A stretch of DNA of 38,268 bases from Candidatus Bathyarchaeota archaeon (lineage in GTDB: Archaea > Thermoproteota > Bathyarchaeia > Bathyarchaeales > Bathyarchaeaceae). The position numbers were made by a program, and so were the translations under genes. The DNA lies in the NCBI GenBank assembly GCA_020346825.1, contig CP070791.1, forward strand, positions 1,128,887 to 1,167,154. The letters are read 5' to 3'. The stretch's first letter is position 1. Every line of letters starts with the position of its first letter. The notes below the pieces were generated by a model. It searched no databases. It was not told the DNA's origin and saw only the letters and a list, made by a program, of their open reading frames with translations. This document shows positions 10,433 to 19,898 of the stretch, piece after piece.

Positions 10433-10933
10433 TTATAATTTGTACCCAATTCTTCTGAGAAAGATCTTTCTAGTCTTGACGTCTTCTTCGGTTTCGATTC
10501 CCTTGCTTCCAGAACCGTCGACAACTCCTAGAATGCCTCTGCCCTGTTCTGTCTCCGCTACTATGACCTCCAAAGGATTGGCTGATGCAGCGTGGATGCA
10601 GCAAACTTCGGATACTTGCCGGATTTTGTGCAAAACATTAATTGGAAAAGCATTCTTCAGGAAAATAAGGAAACAGTGGCCGCACCCCAACGCGAAAGCT
10701 TGCTGTGAAACTAGGTTCTTCAATTCTTCATCATTGCCTTCGCACCGAACCAAGCAGGATCCGGAGCTTTCACAAAAACCTATGCCAAATTTGATGTTTG
10801 GAACGGAGGTGACTAACGCTTCGTACAGATCTTCAACTGTCTTGATGAAATGGGCCATGCCCAATATTACGTTGCAGTCTTTAGGTGTTTCTATTTTCAC
10901 TATTTTGAACTCCATTCTTGTTGTCTCCTCCAT
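10433..10933 (-). CDS. Adenosine-specific kinase / DUF355 family protein
   Basis: [47 protein letters not shown] and RIGYKL. The start may be 10933 or 10915. Confidence 0.88.
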   Translation of the reverse strand: MEETTRMEFKIVKIETPKDCNVILGMAHFIKTVEDLYEALVTSVPNIKFGIGFCESSGSCLVRCEGNDEELKNLVSQQAFALGCGHCFLIFLKNAFPINVLHKIRQVSEVCCIHAASANPLEVIVAETEQGRGILGVVDGSGSKGIETEEDVKTRKIFLRRIGYKL

Positions 10934-11080
10934 ATTCTTGGTACTTTCACCAATAAAATTTTTAACAGACAATTGATCCCTGTAAAAATGCAAGGTGCGC
11001 AATCTACGTTAACATGCGTCTAATCTCAAGGGAGAAAGGAGCTCCCGGGTGATTGCTACCCAATTTGTCGGTCGTTTGCA

Positions 11081-12508
11081 CTAGTCCCGCCGGATTGCTT
11101 GACGCAGTGTCTCATTGAATTGTTTGAAGTTGACGATGTTGTTGAGGATGGCTGCAATTCTGAAGGGACTCTTTGAAGTTCGCAACATCTCTGTTAACAA
11201 CCGTCTAGGGCGAAGATAAAAAGCTTGGAAATACTTGTATACCAGCGAGCGCACTTCTTCGTAAGGAACTGGAGTGGACAAATCTTTGGGGATGCAAACT
11301 CCAGTTTCCCAATATCTTTCCTCGTCGATTAGTCCTTTTGCCACGAGATCGTTCCATATGTCGATTCCGGTGTGAGCCCCTAAAATGTTGACATCGGGCA
11401 CGTCAATATCCAATTTGTTTGCGAATTGCAACGTATTAATTATCTCGTTCCTAGTTTCGTCAGGGGCTCCGACAATGAAGGATCCTACAATTATGTCTAT
11501 ACCCGATTTTCTAGCCTTGCGGACAGCCCTTTCAGTCTGTCTTGGAGTAATTCCTTTGTTATAATAGTCTAAGATTCTTTGGTTTCCGCTCTCAATTCCA
11601 AAGAAGATGCATTTACATCCAGCCTTCACCATTTCCCTAAACAAATCATAGCTGACGTGGTCTACCCGGGAGTCGCAGAACCATTCAATATCTATTTTCT
11701 CCTTTCTCATTTCTTGACAGAACTTTGATACTCTCTTGGCGTTGAGAGTGAAGTTGTCGTCTGCGAAAAGAAATTGTTCATATCCTTCACTCTGCAAATA
11801 CTGCAATTCTTCAATAACGTTTTCAACTGATCTTGGTCTCCACATTCCTCGAGCAAATTTTCTGATTCCACAAAAGCTACAGTTAAAGGGGCACCCGCGT
11901 GACGAAATGAGGGTAGTGAATTTTTTGGTGTTCACCTTCACTCCAAAGATTGTTGAAGTATATTGAGTGCCTGTTAAATTGCGATCTGGAAATGGAAGAC
12001 TGTCTATTTCTCTACTCAATGTCCTGTCAGGAGTGGAAACTATTTTGCCGTCTTTCCTGAAGGTTATGCCTTCAACTTCCTTCAGGTCTCCTCTCTTTTC
12101 TAGACACTTTGCGAGTTCAAGGCTAGTGTGTTCTCCTTCACCTCTAGCAACTACGTCAACAGAAGGATATTTCTTGAGGATTCTTTCAGCATTGAAGGTT
12201 GCATGGTGACTTCCCAAAATGATCGTGATGTTGGGGTTTTCTGCTTTCACGCGTTCTGCAATTCTTGGTGCCTCCTTTGCAGCACTCAGTAATACTGAGA
12301 AGCCTAGAATGTCTGGATCTTCCTTTTTCACCCAACTCACGGCTTGGTTCAAAGAAAGGTTCCTTGCAGGTTGATCAAGTATGGAAACCACGATTCCCTC
12401 CTTCATCAAGACCCCTGCGCAGTATAAGATGCCCAAAGGAGGCCACGCCGTGGGAACCATGTGCATTGATTCTGAGGAAGGAGTGGGATTTATGAAGGAA
12501 AACTTCAT
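11081..12508 (-). CDS. B12-binding radical SAM protein (class B)
   Basis: N-terminal PPLGILY / GEGE cobalamin-binding domain, SRGCPFNCSFC (CxxxCxxC), DDNF and GIESG. Confidence 0.92.
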   Translation of the reverse strand: MKFSFINPTPSSESMHMVPTAWPPLGILYCAGVLMKEGIVVSILDQPARNLSLNQAVSWVKKEDPDILGFSVLLSAAKEAPRIAERVKAENPNITIILGSHHATFNAERILKKYPSVDVVARGEGEHTSLELAKCLEKRGDLKEVEGITFRKDGKIVSTPDRTLSREIDSLPFPDRNLTGTQYTSTIFGVKVNTKKFTTLISSRGCPFNCSFCGIRKFARGMWRPRSVENVIEELQYLQSEGYEQFLFADDNFTLNAKRVSKFCQEMRKEKIDIEWFCDSRVDHVSYDLFREMVKAGCKCIFFGIESGNQRILDYYNKGITPRQTERAVRKARKSGIDIIVGSFIVGAPDETRNEIINTLQFANKLDIDVPDVNILGAHTGIDIWNDLVAKGLIDEERYWETGVCIPKDLSTPVPYEEVRSLVYKYFQAFYLRPRRLLTEMLRTSKSPFRIAAILNNIVNFKQFNETLRQAIRRD

Positions 12509-12632
12509 TTTGATCGCATTCAGCCTTTAGAACCCGAATAAAATAAACTTTGCCAAAAACCGGCAAGATGAAGTAGGTGTCTTCTCTTTGAGGAGAATAG
12601 TTATAGAATACCCAAGAGGCAAAAAGGGGTAG

Positions 12633-12733
12633 CGGGCCCGCGGGGATTTGAACCCCGGATCTCCGGCTCCGAAGGCTTGCGCGCCACTCTTTTGGATGGC
12701 TCAACGCCTTAATCCTGGCTAGGCTACGGGCCC
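12633..12733 (-). tRNA. tRNA-Arg(TCG) with a 25-nt intron at position 29/30 (12677-12701); CCA not encoded
   Basis: Minus strand reads GGGCCCG-TA-GCCTAGCCAGGATTAAGGC-G-TTG[intron]GC-CT-TCG-GA-GCCGG-AGATCCGGGGTTCAAATCCCCG-CGGGCCC-G. The splice junctions TG^A and AA^G are BHB-like. Confidence 0.88.
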
Positions 12734-12987
12734 CGAAATAACTTGCTGAATAAACGATTAAAGGATTTGCTTCGGGACAAACAGTTACTTGTGCTCGACA
12801 GGTAATTGTTAAATCCTACGCGCGCAGCAGAGGAGTACCATTGATTAGACGCGCATTGTCTATTCCTGAGATATCAGAGAACGTTTGCCAGAAGAAACAC
12901 CATTAAGCTTTATTGTTGTGTGCGTGGAAAGGCAAAAGTAGTATAAATAAATTCGTTACTCAGTAACATTAGTACAGGATTCGGGAA

Positions 12988-13461
12988 ATGGTTAGCATGA
13001 CCAAGAGAACTTTGCGGGTCTCTAAAATCAAAGATGGCACCGTAATAGATCATATTACGGGCGGTCACGCGTTGGATGTAATAAAGATCTTAGGAGTCAC
13101 AGGTCGCGTGAATGGAGTTGTAACAGTTGCAATTAATATCCCCAGCAAAGCTCTAGGCATGAAAGACATGGTTAAGATTGAAGGGAGAGAACTGAAATCT
13201 GAAGAGGTAGACAAAATAGCGTTGTTGGCCCCACACGCCAGCATCAACATTGTTAGAAACTACAAGGTTGTTGAAAAGCAGCGGGTTAAACTACCCAGCA
13301 TTATACGGGGAATAGTGGAATGTGCAAATCCTGTATGCATTTCAAACAGCAAGGAGCCAGTGCAACCCACCTTTTACGTGGATAGTGAAGAGCCTTTACG
13401 CTTAAGATGTCATTACTGTGGCTACATCGTGGAAAAACAAGACATCCTCAAACAATTCTAA
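12988..13461 (+). CDS. pyrI: Aspartate carbamoyltransferase regulatory subunit
   Basis: LRVSKIKDGTVIDHI, KDMVKIEG and the Zn site CANPVCIS...LRCHYC. The start may be 12997. Confidence 0.96.
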   Translation: MVSMTKRTLRVSKIKDGTVIDHITGGHALDVIKILGVTGRVNGVVTVAINIPSKALGMKDMVKIEGRELKSEEVDKIALLAPHASINIVRNYKVVEKQRVKLPSIIRGIVECANPVCISNSKEPVQPTFYVDSEEPLRLRCHYCGYIVEKQDILKQF

Positions 13462-13658
13462 CAGGTGTGTTGTAGATTAAGAGGTAGAGAAGAACGCTGG
13501 TGAGTATTGATATACTGTGTTCAAGGCCGAGAAGAATAACTAGGCGCTTCAAACGCGGTTCAAAAGCATGCGCATGCATGAAAGGCCTTCTTTTGTTAAA
13601 GATGGGAAAGACGTAAAACACCCGTAAGAATATGACAACAAAGAGCGTTTAGTACTGG

Positions 13659-14018
13659 TCAGCCTTTTGTCTGGAGAAGAAGAATCGCCTTAGCCAAGTC
13701 ACCTTCACTCTCTTCTAGTGCCTTTTTCGCCTCTTCCATAGTTTTTCCAGTCTGATCTGCAACAAGTCTGGCGTCTTCTTCGGGAATAATTATCTCTGCT
13801 TTCTCGCTCTTAGTTGCACTTTCAGTGATCCGTTCTCCTGTAACTTGAAAGATTTTCTGTCCTTGGAGGTCAAGTATCGCGACATGCGGGTTCTCAACAG
13901 TGATTTGTTTCTCGCTGGTTTTGAAGATTACTTCTCTAACATCAGGCATTTCTCCCATGTTCATGCCCATTCGTTGCATCATCCTCTTTGCTTCCCTTGA
14001 ACTCATTCTTCTCCGCAA
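13659..14018 (-). CDS. nac: Archaeal nascent polypeptide-associated complex protein
   Basis: RMMQRMGM, NAC domain FQVTG and a C-terminal UBA-like EDARLVADQTG...GDLAKAIL. Confidence 0.93.
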   Translation of the reverse strand: MRRRMSSREAKRMMQRMGMNMGEMPDVREVIFKTSEKQITVENPHVAILDLQGQKIFQVTGERITESATKSEKAEIIIPEEDARLVADQTGKTMEEAKKALEESEGDLAKAILLLQTKG

Positions 14019-14058
14019 TCCAGTTTCCTCCTTTTCACATCTATTCTGTTGTGCTTTC

Positions 14059-14550
14059 TTAACTTTCTTCCGCTGCGCCCCTCCTTACGCGCACAGCCAC
14101 ACCCCGCCTATACGCCTTCATTTCCCTTCCAGAAAGCATAGCCCGCCCCACAGCCAAAACCGCACCCTTTTCGTTTATGACAGCAACTTCTTCTCGGGGC
14201 CTTATCTCTTCATCGGCATCAGTGACGTGCTTTGCAAAAACACTCCTTCCCTTGACGACAAAGGCCGTGGCTTCCTTATTGATGTTAACCCACAACCTTC
14301 GCGGTTTTGCGTGTTCCATTATTCGTTTAGCTCCCGTGATTGTTAGAGAAAAAAGGCCGTCGGTAGGTCGTAGAGTGGCCAACATTTTCTGTTCCAAATA
14401 TATGTGGCGTATTCTGCCTGTTCTTTTCGAGTAAACGATTATAACTTCCTTTGGGAAGAGCTTTCTTCCAGCTCCTTTCCCAAACTGGTAGTTCGCTATG
14501 CTCCTAATTTTCTGGAGCGCGTTAAATATGCGCGCAGGTTTATCTCCCAT
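14059..14550 (-). CDS. PUA-domain protein (resembles the C-terminal part of archaeosine tRNA-guanine transglycosylase)
   Basis: IANYQFG, SKRTGRIR, LATLRPTDG, GRSVFAKHV...D.EIRP.EEV and GVAVRVRRG. Confidence 0.85.
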   Translation of the reverse strand: MGDKPARIFNALQKIRSIANYQFGKGAGRKLFPKEVIIVYSKRTGRIRHIYLEQKMLATLRPTDGLFSLTITGAKRIMEHAKPRRLWVNINKEATAFVVKGRSVFAKHVTDADEEIRPREEVAVINEKGAVLAVGRAMLSGREMKAYRRGVAVRVRRGAAEES

Positions 14551-14922
14551 GTTTTCACCATAACATTCTGCACAAATATTAATTGGCTGGCATGTTTTTT
14601 CTTTTTAGACCTCTTTATGTAACTCTATTAACTGAAATCTGTTATTTGGTGCTGATACAGGCATGTATGCATAATGTATAACGTCGCGACGTTGTCTTTC
14701 TTTTCCAAGATTGTGGTTTCATAGTTCACTTGAATCCAGTCTACATGCATTTCATGCATTAGACTCTTTCTTGGTAGTTCTCTTTGTTTTAAGGTTTGTG
14801 CGGTCGAAAAGCCGCGGGTGTATTTACAGAGACCAAAGCATCTGCGCAATGATTAAGTCTCACAATCCCGATTGGTATATGGAATAGGCTTGTAATATTA
14901 TAGTTCAGGGTGATGGTGCTTC

Positions 14923-15447
14923 TTGCAATGTGAGGTCTGCGGCCGGCGGATACTAGGTAAATCCCACAGGACAATAATTGAAGGGGCTAAGATGATCGCC
15001 TGCAGTGAATGTACCACGCTGGGTTCTGGTTATTGGGAACCCAAATCTAAGCGTAGCACAAGAATAATTGCAAAGACTCGGCCGAAGCTTTCTGTTCTCA
15101 GAAAAAAGCATCGTCCAACTGTAACAGAATCCTTAGAACTTGTGGGCGACTTTGGCGTACGGGTAAGGCGAGCGAGAGAAGAATTGGAACTAAACCATGA
15201 AGATTTAGGTAGAAAAATTGGAGAGAAAATTTCTGTTCTCAGGAAAGTTGAAAGCGGCAAAATGACTCCGGATCTTATGCTTGCAAAAAAGCTGGAACGC
15301 GCACTTAGAATAGAATTGCTTGTCCCTATTTCAGAATCTAGAACCCAAGCAATAGTTTTGTCTCAACCCCGCGAGATCACTTTGGGAGAGCTAGTTCGAC
15401 TAAAGGAAGAAAAGACGGAGGCAACTAAAGAACGAAAGCAATCATAG
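14923..15447 (+). CDS. mbf1: Archaeal multiprotein bridging factor 1
   Basis: Zn ribbon CEVCG...IEGAKMIACSEC and HTH domain VRRAREELELNHEDLG...KVESGKMTPD. SD GGTGATGGTG precedes the TTG start. Confidence 0.93.
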   Translation: MQCEVCGRRILGKSHRTIIEGAKMIACSECTTLGSGYWEPKSKRSTRIIAKTRPKLSVLRKKHRPTVTESLELVGDFGVRVRRAREELELNHEDLGRKIGEKISVLRKVESGKMTPDLMLAKKLERALRIELLVPISESRTQAIVLSQPREITLGELVRLKEEKTEATKERKQS

Positions 15448-16694
15448 TTCAACGGCGACTTCCCTCGGAACGTTCCAGCCTAGAAGAACTCAAAAACCTT
15501 GCCGAATCAGCGGGATACACCGTTGTTGCCTCTCTTGAACAAGTTAGAGTTCGCGATTCCCGCTATCAGATTGGAAGCGGGAAGACAAGGGAACTAGCTG
15601 AGTTGGTTAAAAAAAGCGGTGTTAAAAAGACCATATTTGACAACGAACTAACGCCTGTTCAAGCTCACAACCTAGCCAAGGCAACCGGTGCAGCGGCAAT
15701 TGACCGCTTTCAACTTATCCTCGAAATCTTTGCGACGCGAGCTTCAACCTACGAAGCACACCTTCAGATTCGGTTAGCCGAACTACGGTACGAATTGTCT
15801 CGTGCAAAAGAAAGGGTGAGATTGGCAAGAATGGAAGAACAACCAGGCTTTATGGGGCTGGGAAAGTATGAAGTAGACCTCTACTATGAAACCGTAAAAC
15901 GGCGAATTCGTTCAATTCAAGAGAAATTGAAGAAGAAACAAGAGAAGAGACGCCTACATCGCGATCGAAGAACCGAACTAGGATTCTCTTCAATTTCTCT
16001 GGCAGGATACACAAACGCCGGGAAGAGTTCGTTGTTTAACATGCTTGCAGAAGAGATGGTTCCAGTAAACCCAAGCCTATTTACCACACTTTCCACAACA
16101 ACTAGAGCGATGCGCCTTTCCAAAAGAAAGGTGCTGCTGACAGATACCGTGGGTTTCATTGATCGATTGCCCCTAATGCTCATTCAAGCCTTTCGCTCAA
16201 CTCTTGAAGAAACCGTTTTCTCAGATTTGATTCTTCTCGTTGTTGACATAAGCGAACCAAATGAAGACATTAAAAGAAAGCTTTCATCTTGCCTTGAGAC
16301 TATACAGAGAATTGGTGCAGCCGGAATACCCGTTGTAACCGCGCTCAACAAAATGGATTTGCTACCGGAAAACGGGATGGACGATAAGGCTGAACTTTTG
16401 AAGGGTGCTGCTCCAAGCCCGGTTCTCATCTCGGCTCTTAATGGAACCAATATAAACCGCCTCAAGCAGGAGATAATTAAACACCTTGAAGACTATATGC
16501 AAGCCACGTTTTCTCTTCCAGTGACGAACGAAACAATGTCCTTCGTTTCGTGGCTGTTCGGACGCGCTAGCGTACAAGACGTGGAATACGAAGCAGATAA
16601 CGTAAAAGTCGTTATCAAAGCGGTGCCTTTATTTGCAGACAAAGTCAGGGGACGTGTAGAACAACTTGGTGGAACCTTTAACACATATAGTTAG
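15432..16694 (+). CDS. hflX: GTPase HflX; N-terminus extends beyond the ORF track, start probably non-canonical (ACG 15432)
   Basis: G1 GYTNAGKS, LFTTL, DTVGFI and NKMD motifs. The frame upstream of 15603 encodes the conserved KAIIV...SLEELKNLAESAGYTVV...YQIGSGK up to an in-frame TAA at 15426. Confidence 0.92.
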   Translation, partial: TKAIIVQRRLPSERSSLEELKNLAESAGYTVVASLEQVRVRDSRYQIGSGKTRELAELVKKSGVKKTIFDNELTPVQAHNLAKATGAAAIDRFQLILEIFATRASTYEAHLQIRLAELRYELSRAKERVRLARMEEQPGFMGLGKYEVDLYYETVKRRIRSIQEKLKKKQEKRRLHRDRRTELGFSSISLAGYTNAGKSSLFNMLAEEMVPVNPSLFTTLSTTTRAMRLSKRKVLLTDTVGFIDRLPLMLIQAFRSTLEETVFSDLILLVVDISEPNEDIKRKLSSCLETIQRIGAAGIPVVTALNKMDLLPENGMDDKAELLKGAAPSPVLISALNGTNINRLKQEIIKHLEDYMQATFSLPVTNETMSFVSWLFGRASVQDVEYEADNVKVVIKAVPLFADKVRGRVEQLGGTFNTYS

Positions 16695-16719
16695 AAAAGC
16701 GGGAGATACAGAAACGAAA

Positions 16720-17259
16720 TTGCCAAAGGTTGCCGTTTTAAGATGGGGGCATCGAGTCCGAGATAAAAGACTTACTGCTCATGTTGCTCTAACTGCCCGA
16801 GCACTAGGTGTCTCCAAATTCATTTTGGCAGATGTCAAAGACGAAAAAGTCAAGAAAACAGTCGAAAAGGTTACAGAAAAGTGGGGAGGCGCCTTCCACT
16901 TTAAGATGGGGGAAAACTGGAGACAAATTGTTAAAGACTGGAAGACAACAAACGGTATCGTAGTTCATCTCACCGCTTACGGAGAAAACATTCAAACAAG
17001 CAACGTCCTACAAAGGATTAAGAGTACGGGAAAAGATTTGCTCGTAATTGTGGGCTGTCAGAAAGTCCCGTCAGCATTCTTCTCGAAGACAGTTTCAGAT
17101 TTCAATGTTGCTATAGGAAATCAACCTCATTCTGAGTGTTCGAGTTTAGCTATTTTTCTGGATCGTTTTTTTGAAGGCCGAGAACTGTCAAAGGAGTTTG
17201 AGAGAGCGAAAGTCACGCTGATTCCTCAGGTGAGAGGAAAGAAGATGGTTGAAGTTTAG
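16720..17259 (+). CDS. trm56: tRNA (cytidine(56)-2'-O)-methyltransferase
   Basis: VLRWGHR.RDKRLTAHVALTARALG, VHLTAYG and NVAIGNQPHSE. TTG start at 16720. Confidence 0.93.
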   Translation: MPKVAVLRWGHRVRDKRLTAHVALTARALGVSKFILADVKDEKVKKTVEKVTEKWGGAFHFKMGENWRQIVKDWKTTNGIVVHLTAYGENIQTSNVLQRIKSTGKDLLVIVGCQKVPSAFFSKTVSDFNVAIGNQPHSECSSLAIFLDRFFEGRELSKEFERAKVTLIPQVRGKKMVEV

Positions 17260-17335
17260 TCTGCCGACTTGATTTGATAAGAGATTTAAGTTTTGTTTCC
17301 CATTTAATCTGGTGAGAGCAAGCAGAGGCGTTTCA

Positions 17336-17848
17336 ATGTTATCCTTTGTTGATGATAAAACTTTGGAAAAGGTCGCTGAAGCGTTTGGCAGTGAAGAAGC
17401 TGTCAGAATTATCGAAGCTCTTAAAGGAACCGGCGAAACCACGGATGAGCAGATAGCAAACCAAACCGGAATACGACTCAACTCGGTTCGCAAAATCCTC
17501 TACAAACTTTACGACCACGCTCTTGTAGGTTTGAGGAGGTCCCGTGACAAGAATACTGGATGGTTCATTTTCCATTGGAGATTTCAGCCAGATCAGCTTG
17601 AAGGGTTCATCTTGAACCAGAAACGGCGTGTTCTCGAAAAACTAGAAGCTAGGCTACTATATGAACAAAAACATGAGTTCTATTACTGCTACACAGCGGG
17701 ATGCAAGCGAATTCCCTTCGAAGAGGCTATGGAACGCGTTTTCCGCTGTCCAACATGTAATAAACCACTAATGCACTTCGAGAACGGCAAAATCGTCAAC
17801 GTTTTGACCAAAAAAGTAGTGCGGTTGAGGAAGGAACTAGGTGAGTGA
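17336..17848 (+). CDS. tfe: Transcription initiation factor E (TFE alpha)
   Basis: wHTH TDEQIA...VRKILYKLY, GWFIFHW and a Zn ribbon C...C...FRCPTC. Confidence 0.93.
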   Translation: MLSFVDDKTLEKVAEAFGSEEAVRIIEALKGTGETTDEQIANQTGIRLNSVRKILYKLYDHALVGLRRSRDKNTGWFIFHWRFQPDQLEGFILNQKRRVLEKLEARLLYEQKHEFYYCYTAGCKRIPFEEAMERVFRCPTCNKPLMHFENGKIVNVLTKKVVRLRKELGE

Positions 17849-18395
17849 AGAATTGCCATCTCCTCAGATGGCGCTGAAGCTTCTTTTTCAAACTGGATGT
17901 TCCAGAAGGGTTGTAGCCCATTGTAAAGCTGTGGCAGCCCTCGCGGTGCAAATCGCTGTAGCATGCGAGAACAAGGGATTGAGTGTCGACACCAAACTCG
18001 TTGAAATAGGCGCTCTTTTACATGATATTGGTCGCTCAAAAACTCATGGAGTTGACCACGTAGTTATTGGCGCAGAAATCAGTAGATCCTTGAACATGCC
18101 AGAAGCCGTTGTGTCCATTATTGAGCGCCATGCTGGTGGCGGCATAGCCCCTGATGAAGCTGAAAGACTCGATTGGCCAGCCAAATGTTATATTCCAAAC
18201 AGTTTGGAGGAAAAAATTGTGACTTATGCCGACAAGTTGATTGAGGGACAGCGAACGGTACCGGTTGAGCGAACTCTAAGAAAGCTTTCGAAGGAATTAG
18301 GAGAGAATCATTCGTCGGTTGTGAGAGTTAAGAACTTACATGAAGAGATTTCATCTCTAATAGGAGATTTGGATGCCAACAGCCACGTTGCTTGA
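17841..18395 (+). CDS. HD-domain protein (TIGR00295-like)
   Basis: HCKAV, GALLHDIGRS, H...GA, ERH.GGG and EEKIVTYADKL; typical tfe neighbour. Confidence 0.88.
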   Translation: MSEELPSPQMALKLLFQTGCSRRVVAHCKAVAALAVQIAVACENKGLSVDTKLVEIGALLHDIGRSKTHGVDHVVIGAEISRSLNMPEAVVSIIERHAGGGIAPDEAERLDWPAKCYIPNSLEEKIVTYADKLIEGQRTVPVERTLRKLSKELGENHSSVVRVKNLHEEISSLIGDLDANSHVA

Positions 18396-19149
18396 AAAGG
18401 TTTATGGTTCCTTTTCTTCAGAAATCCTAGAACCTGTCTTCTCTACTCTATGTAAAGCGCTAAAAGTCAAGCTGAGAGTTGTTGGCGAAACGAATCGCGG
18501 ATGGGTTCAGATAGAAGTCTCTGGTGAAGATGAAGTTGCAGCGTTGCATTTCCTTGACCGAGAAGTTGGGTTGGCGCCTGTTTCTCTGAGAAACATAGGA
18601 AAGTTTTCTGTTGTCGGAGGCCGAGTTGTCTTCTCAGGAAAAGACGAAACGGGGCTTTATGTAGACATAGGCGTTTATTCTCCGGAAACAAAGGACGCCT
18701 TTATTCCAGTGCAAAGGCTGCAGATTCAGCTAGCTGACGGAAAAAAAGTTCCGCTTCGAAGACTGGTCGAGGTGTTTTGCCTGCAGAACAATTTGCCGCT
18801 TGACGTTAAACTTGTGCAAGATGTTGACGCGCAGAAAAGTTGGGTTGTGGCTGAACTGTCGGAAGCGCAACTCTATCAAATTGTGTCTTGGGTTCGTTTC
18901 AGTTTCGATCGGTTGATCGTCTTAGGTGCGTTTTTTCCTGATGTTGAGCGTGCCGTGAAGCTGTCAAAGCACTTTCGCGATGTAATCAGAATTGAGTCCT
19001 TAGGAACGCTTGAACAGGTTATTCTTTGCAAGTTGGGAACTGACGCTGTTGGACTCATATCGAATCTTGGACGTTTTCTTCCTGATGCCACTCTTGTTCC
19101 GTTCTCTCCAAGAAAAATTCAGCAACTTATTGGCAAACCGTTTCTCTGA
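18373..19149 (+). CDS. DUF2110 family protein
   Basis: Follows tfe and the HD gene; GWVQIEVSGEDE, GLYVDIG, H.RDV.RIE.LG.LE and DAVGLI motifs. Confidence 0.75.
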   Translation: MPTATLLEKVYGSFSSEILEPVFSTLCKALKVKLRVVGETNRGWVQIEVSGEDEVAALHFLDREVGLAPVSLRNIGKFSVVGGRVVFSGKDETGLYVDIGVYSPETKDAFIPVQRLQIQLADGKKVPLRRLVEVFCLQNNLPLDVKLVQDVDAQKSWVVAELSEAQLYQIVSWVRFSFDRLIVLGAFFPDVERAVKLSKHFRDVIRIESLGTLEQVILCKLGTDAVGLISNLGRFLPDATLVPFSPRKIQQLIGKPFL

Positions 19150-19157
19150 CCAGTAAT

Positions 19158-19721
19158 TCAGGTTAGATGTAGATGTATGGTGTCATTCAGTGATATCCAG
19201 TCTACGAGTGTGCTAACGCAACCATCGCGAAGTAGGGCGATGCCAAGGCCTATGACCCCTAGTTTTTCGCAGAGAAAGCTTCCAAGTACTAGTTCTTTAA
19301 AGCAAGCAACGCCAAGAGATGCTTTTGGTTTCATTTCGAGGAAGATTTTTTTTGCTATGCTACCGCCGGGGAGGATGAAGGTTCCTTTGTATCCTAGCGT
19401 TTTTGTCAATTGGATTATCTTTCGTATATTACATTTTCCACATTCTTGGCACTTGTAGCCGTGTTCTCCCAATTCTGCTGGACACTCTTTGGACCGTAGG
19501 CATTGTGGTAGAAGTAATATCCTCTCGGTGTATGGTGTAGATGCGAATTGTTCTTTAGATGCGTTATTTTTTGTCTTCACGTAAAGTTGAAAGAGTTCTT
19601 TTTCGTCTACGCCCATCTTGGCTGCGAATTGTTCCAATTTTTGAATAGCAATACCGCTGAATTTCGATTCTGAAAGTCTTTCTATCACACGCATGACGGA
19701 ACCACTTTCTCTTCCTTTCAT
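19158..19721 (-). CDS. DUF116 family Cys-rich protein
   Basis: RILLLPQCLRSKECPA, CQECGKC, ILPGGS, GVACFKEL and LLRDGC. Confidence 0.85.
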   Translation of the reverse strand: MKGRESGSVMRVIERLSESKFSGIAIQKLEQFAAKMGVDEKELFQLYVKTKNNASKEQFASTPYTERILLLPQCLRSKECPAELGEHGYKCQECGKCNIRKIIQLTKTLGYKGTFILPGGSIAKKIFLEMKPKASLGVACFKELVLGSFLCEKLGVIGLGIALLRDGCVSTLVDWISLNDTIHLHLT

Positions 19722-19820
19722 ATGTTCTCGGCGTCTCCAGTCGCTGATCTTCAGTCCAACTTTTTATGTTGATCCTCTACCTCTTTTCGTTGGTTCGATA
19801 TAAATGTTAAGTGAAGATTG

Positions 19821-19898
19821 TGGTGGGCCGGGCAGGACTTGAACCTGCGACCTCAGCCTCGTAAGGGCTGCGTCCTAACCGAGCTAGACTACCGGCCC
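19821..19898 (-). tRNA. tRNA-Val(TAC), intronless, CCA encoded
   Basis: GGGCCGG...CAGCC-CT-TAC-GA-GGCTG...GGTTCAAGTCC...CCGGCCC-ACCA, with a TATA box (TTTATAAA) at about 19926-19934. Confidence 0.96.

Noticed and set aside
10398..10976. 192-aa plus-strand ORF
   Set aside because: Antisense shadow of the DUF355/adenosine kinase gene. The same applies to most short overlapping ORFs in the track.
12375..12704. ORF over tRNA-Arg (likewise 36931-37125 over tRNA-Ser)
   Set aside because: These are translations of tRNA sequence.
15088..15243. Repeated TTTCTGTTCTCAG within mbf1
   Set aside because: Two copies, both encoding SVLR in frame; compatible with chance or coding constraint.
11081..19898. 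Integrated element at tRNA-Arg or tRNA-Val
   Set aside because: No integrase and no duplicated tRNA 3' end (att site) was seen, and the flanking genes are housekeeping.
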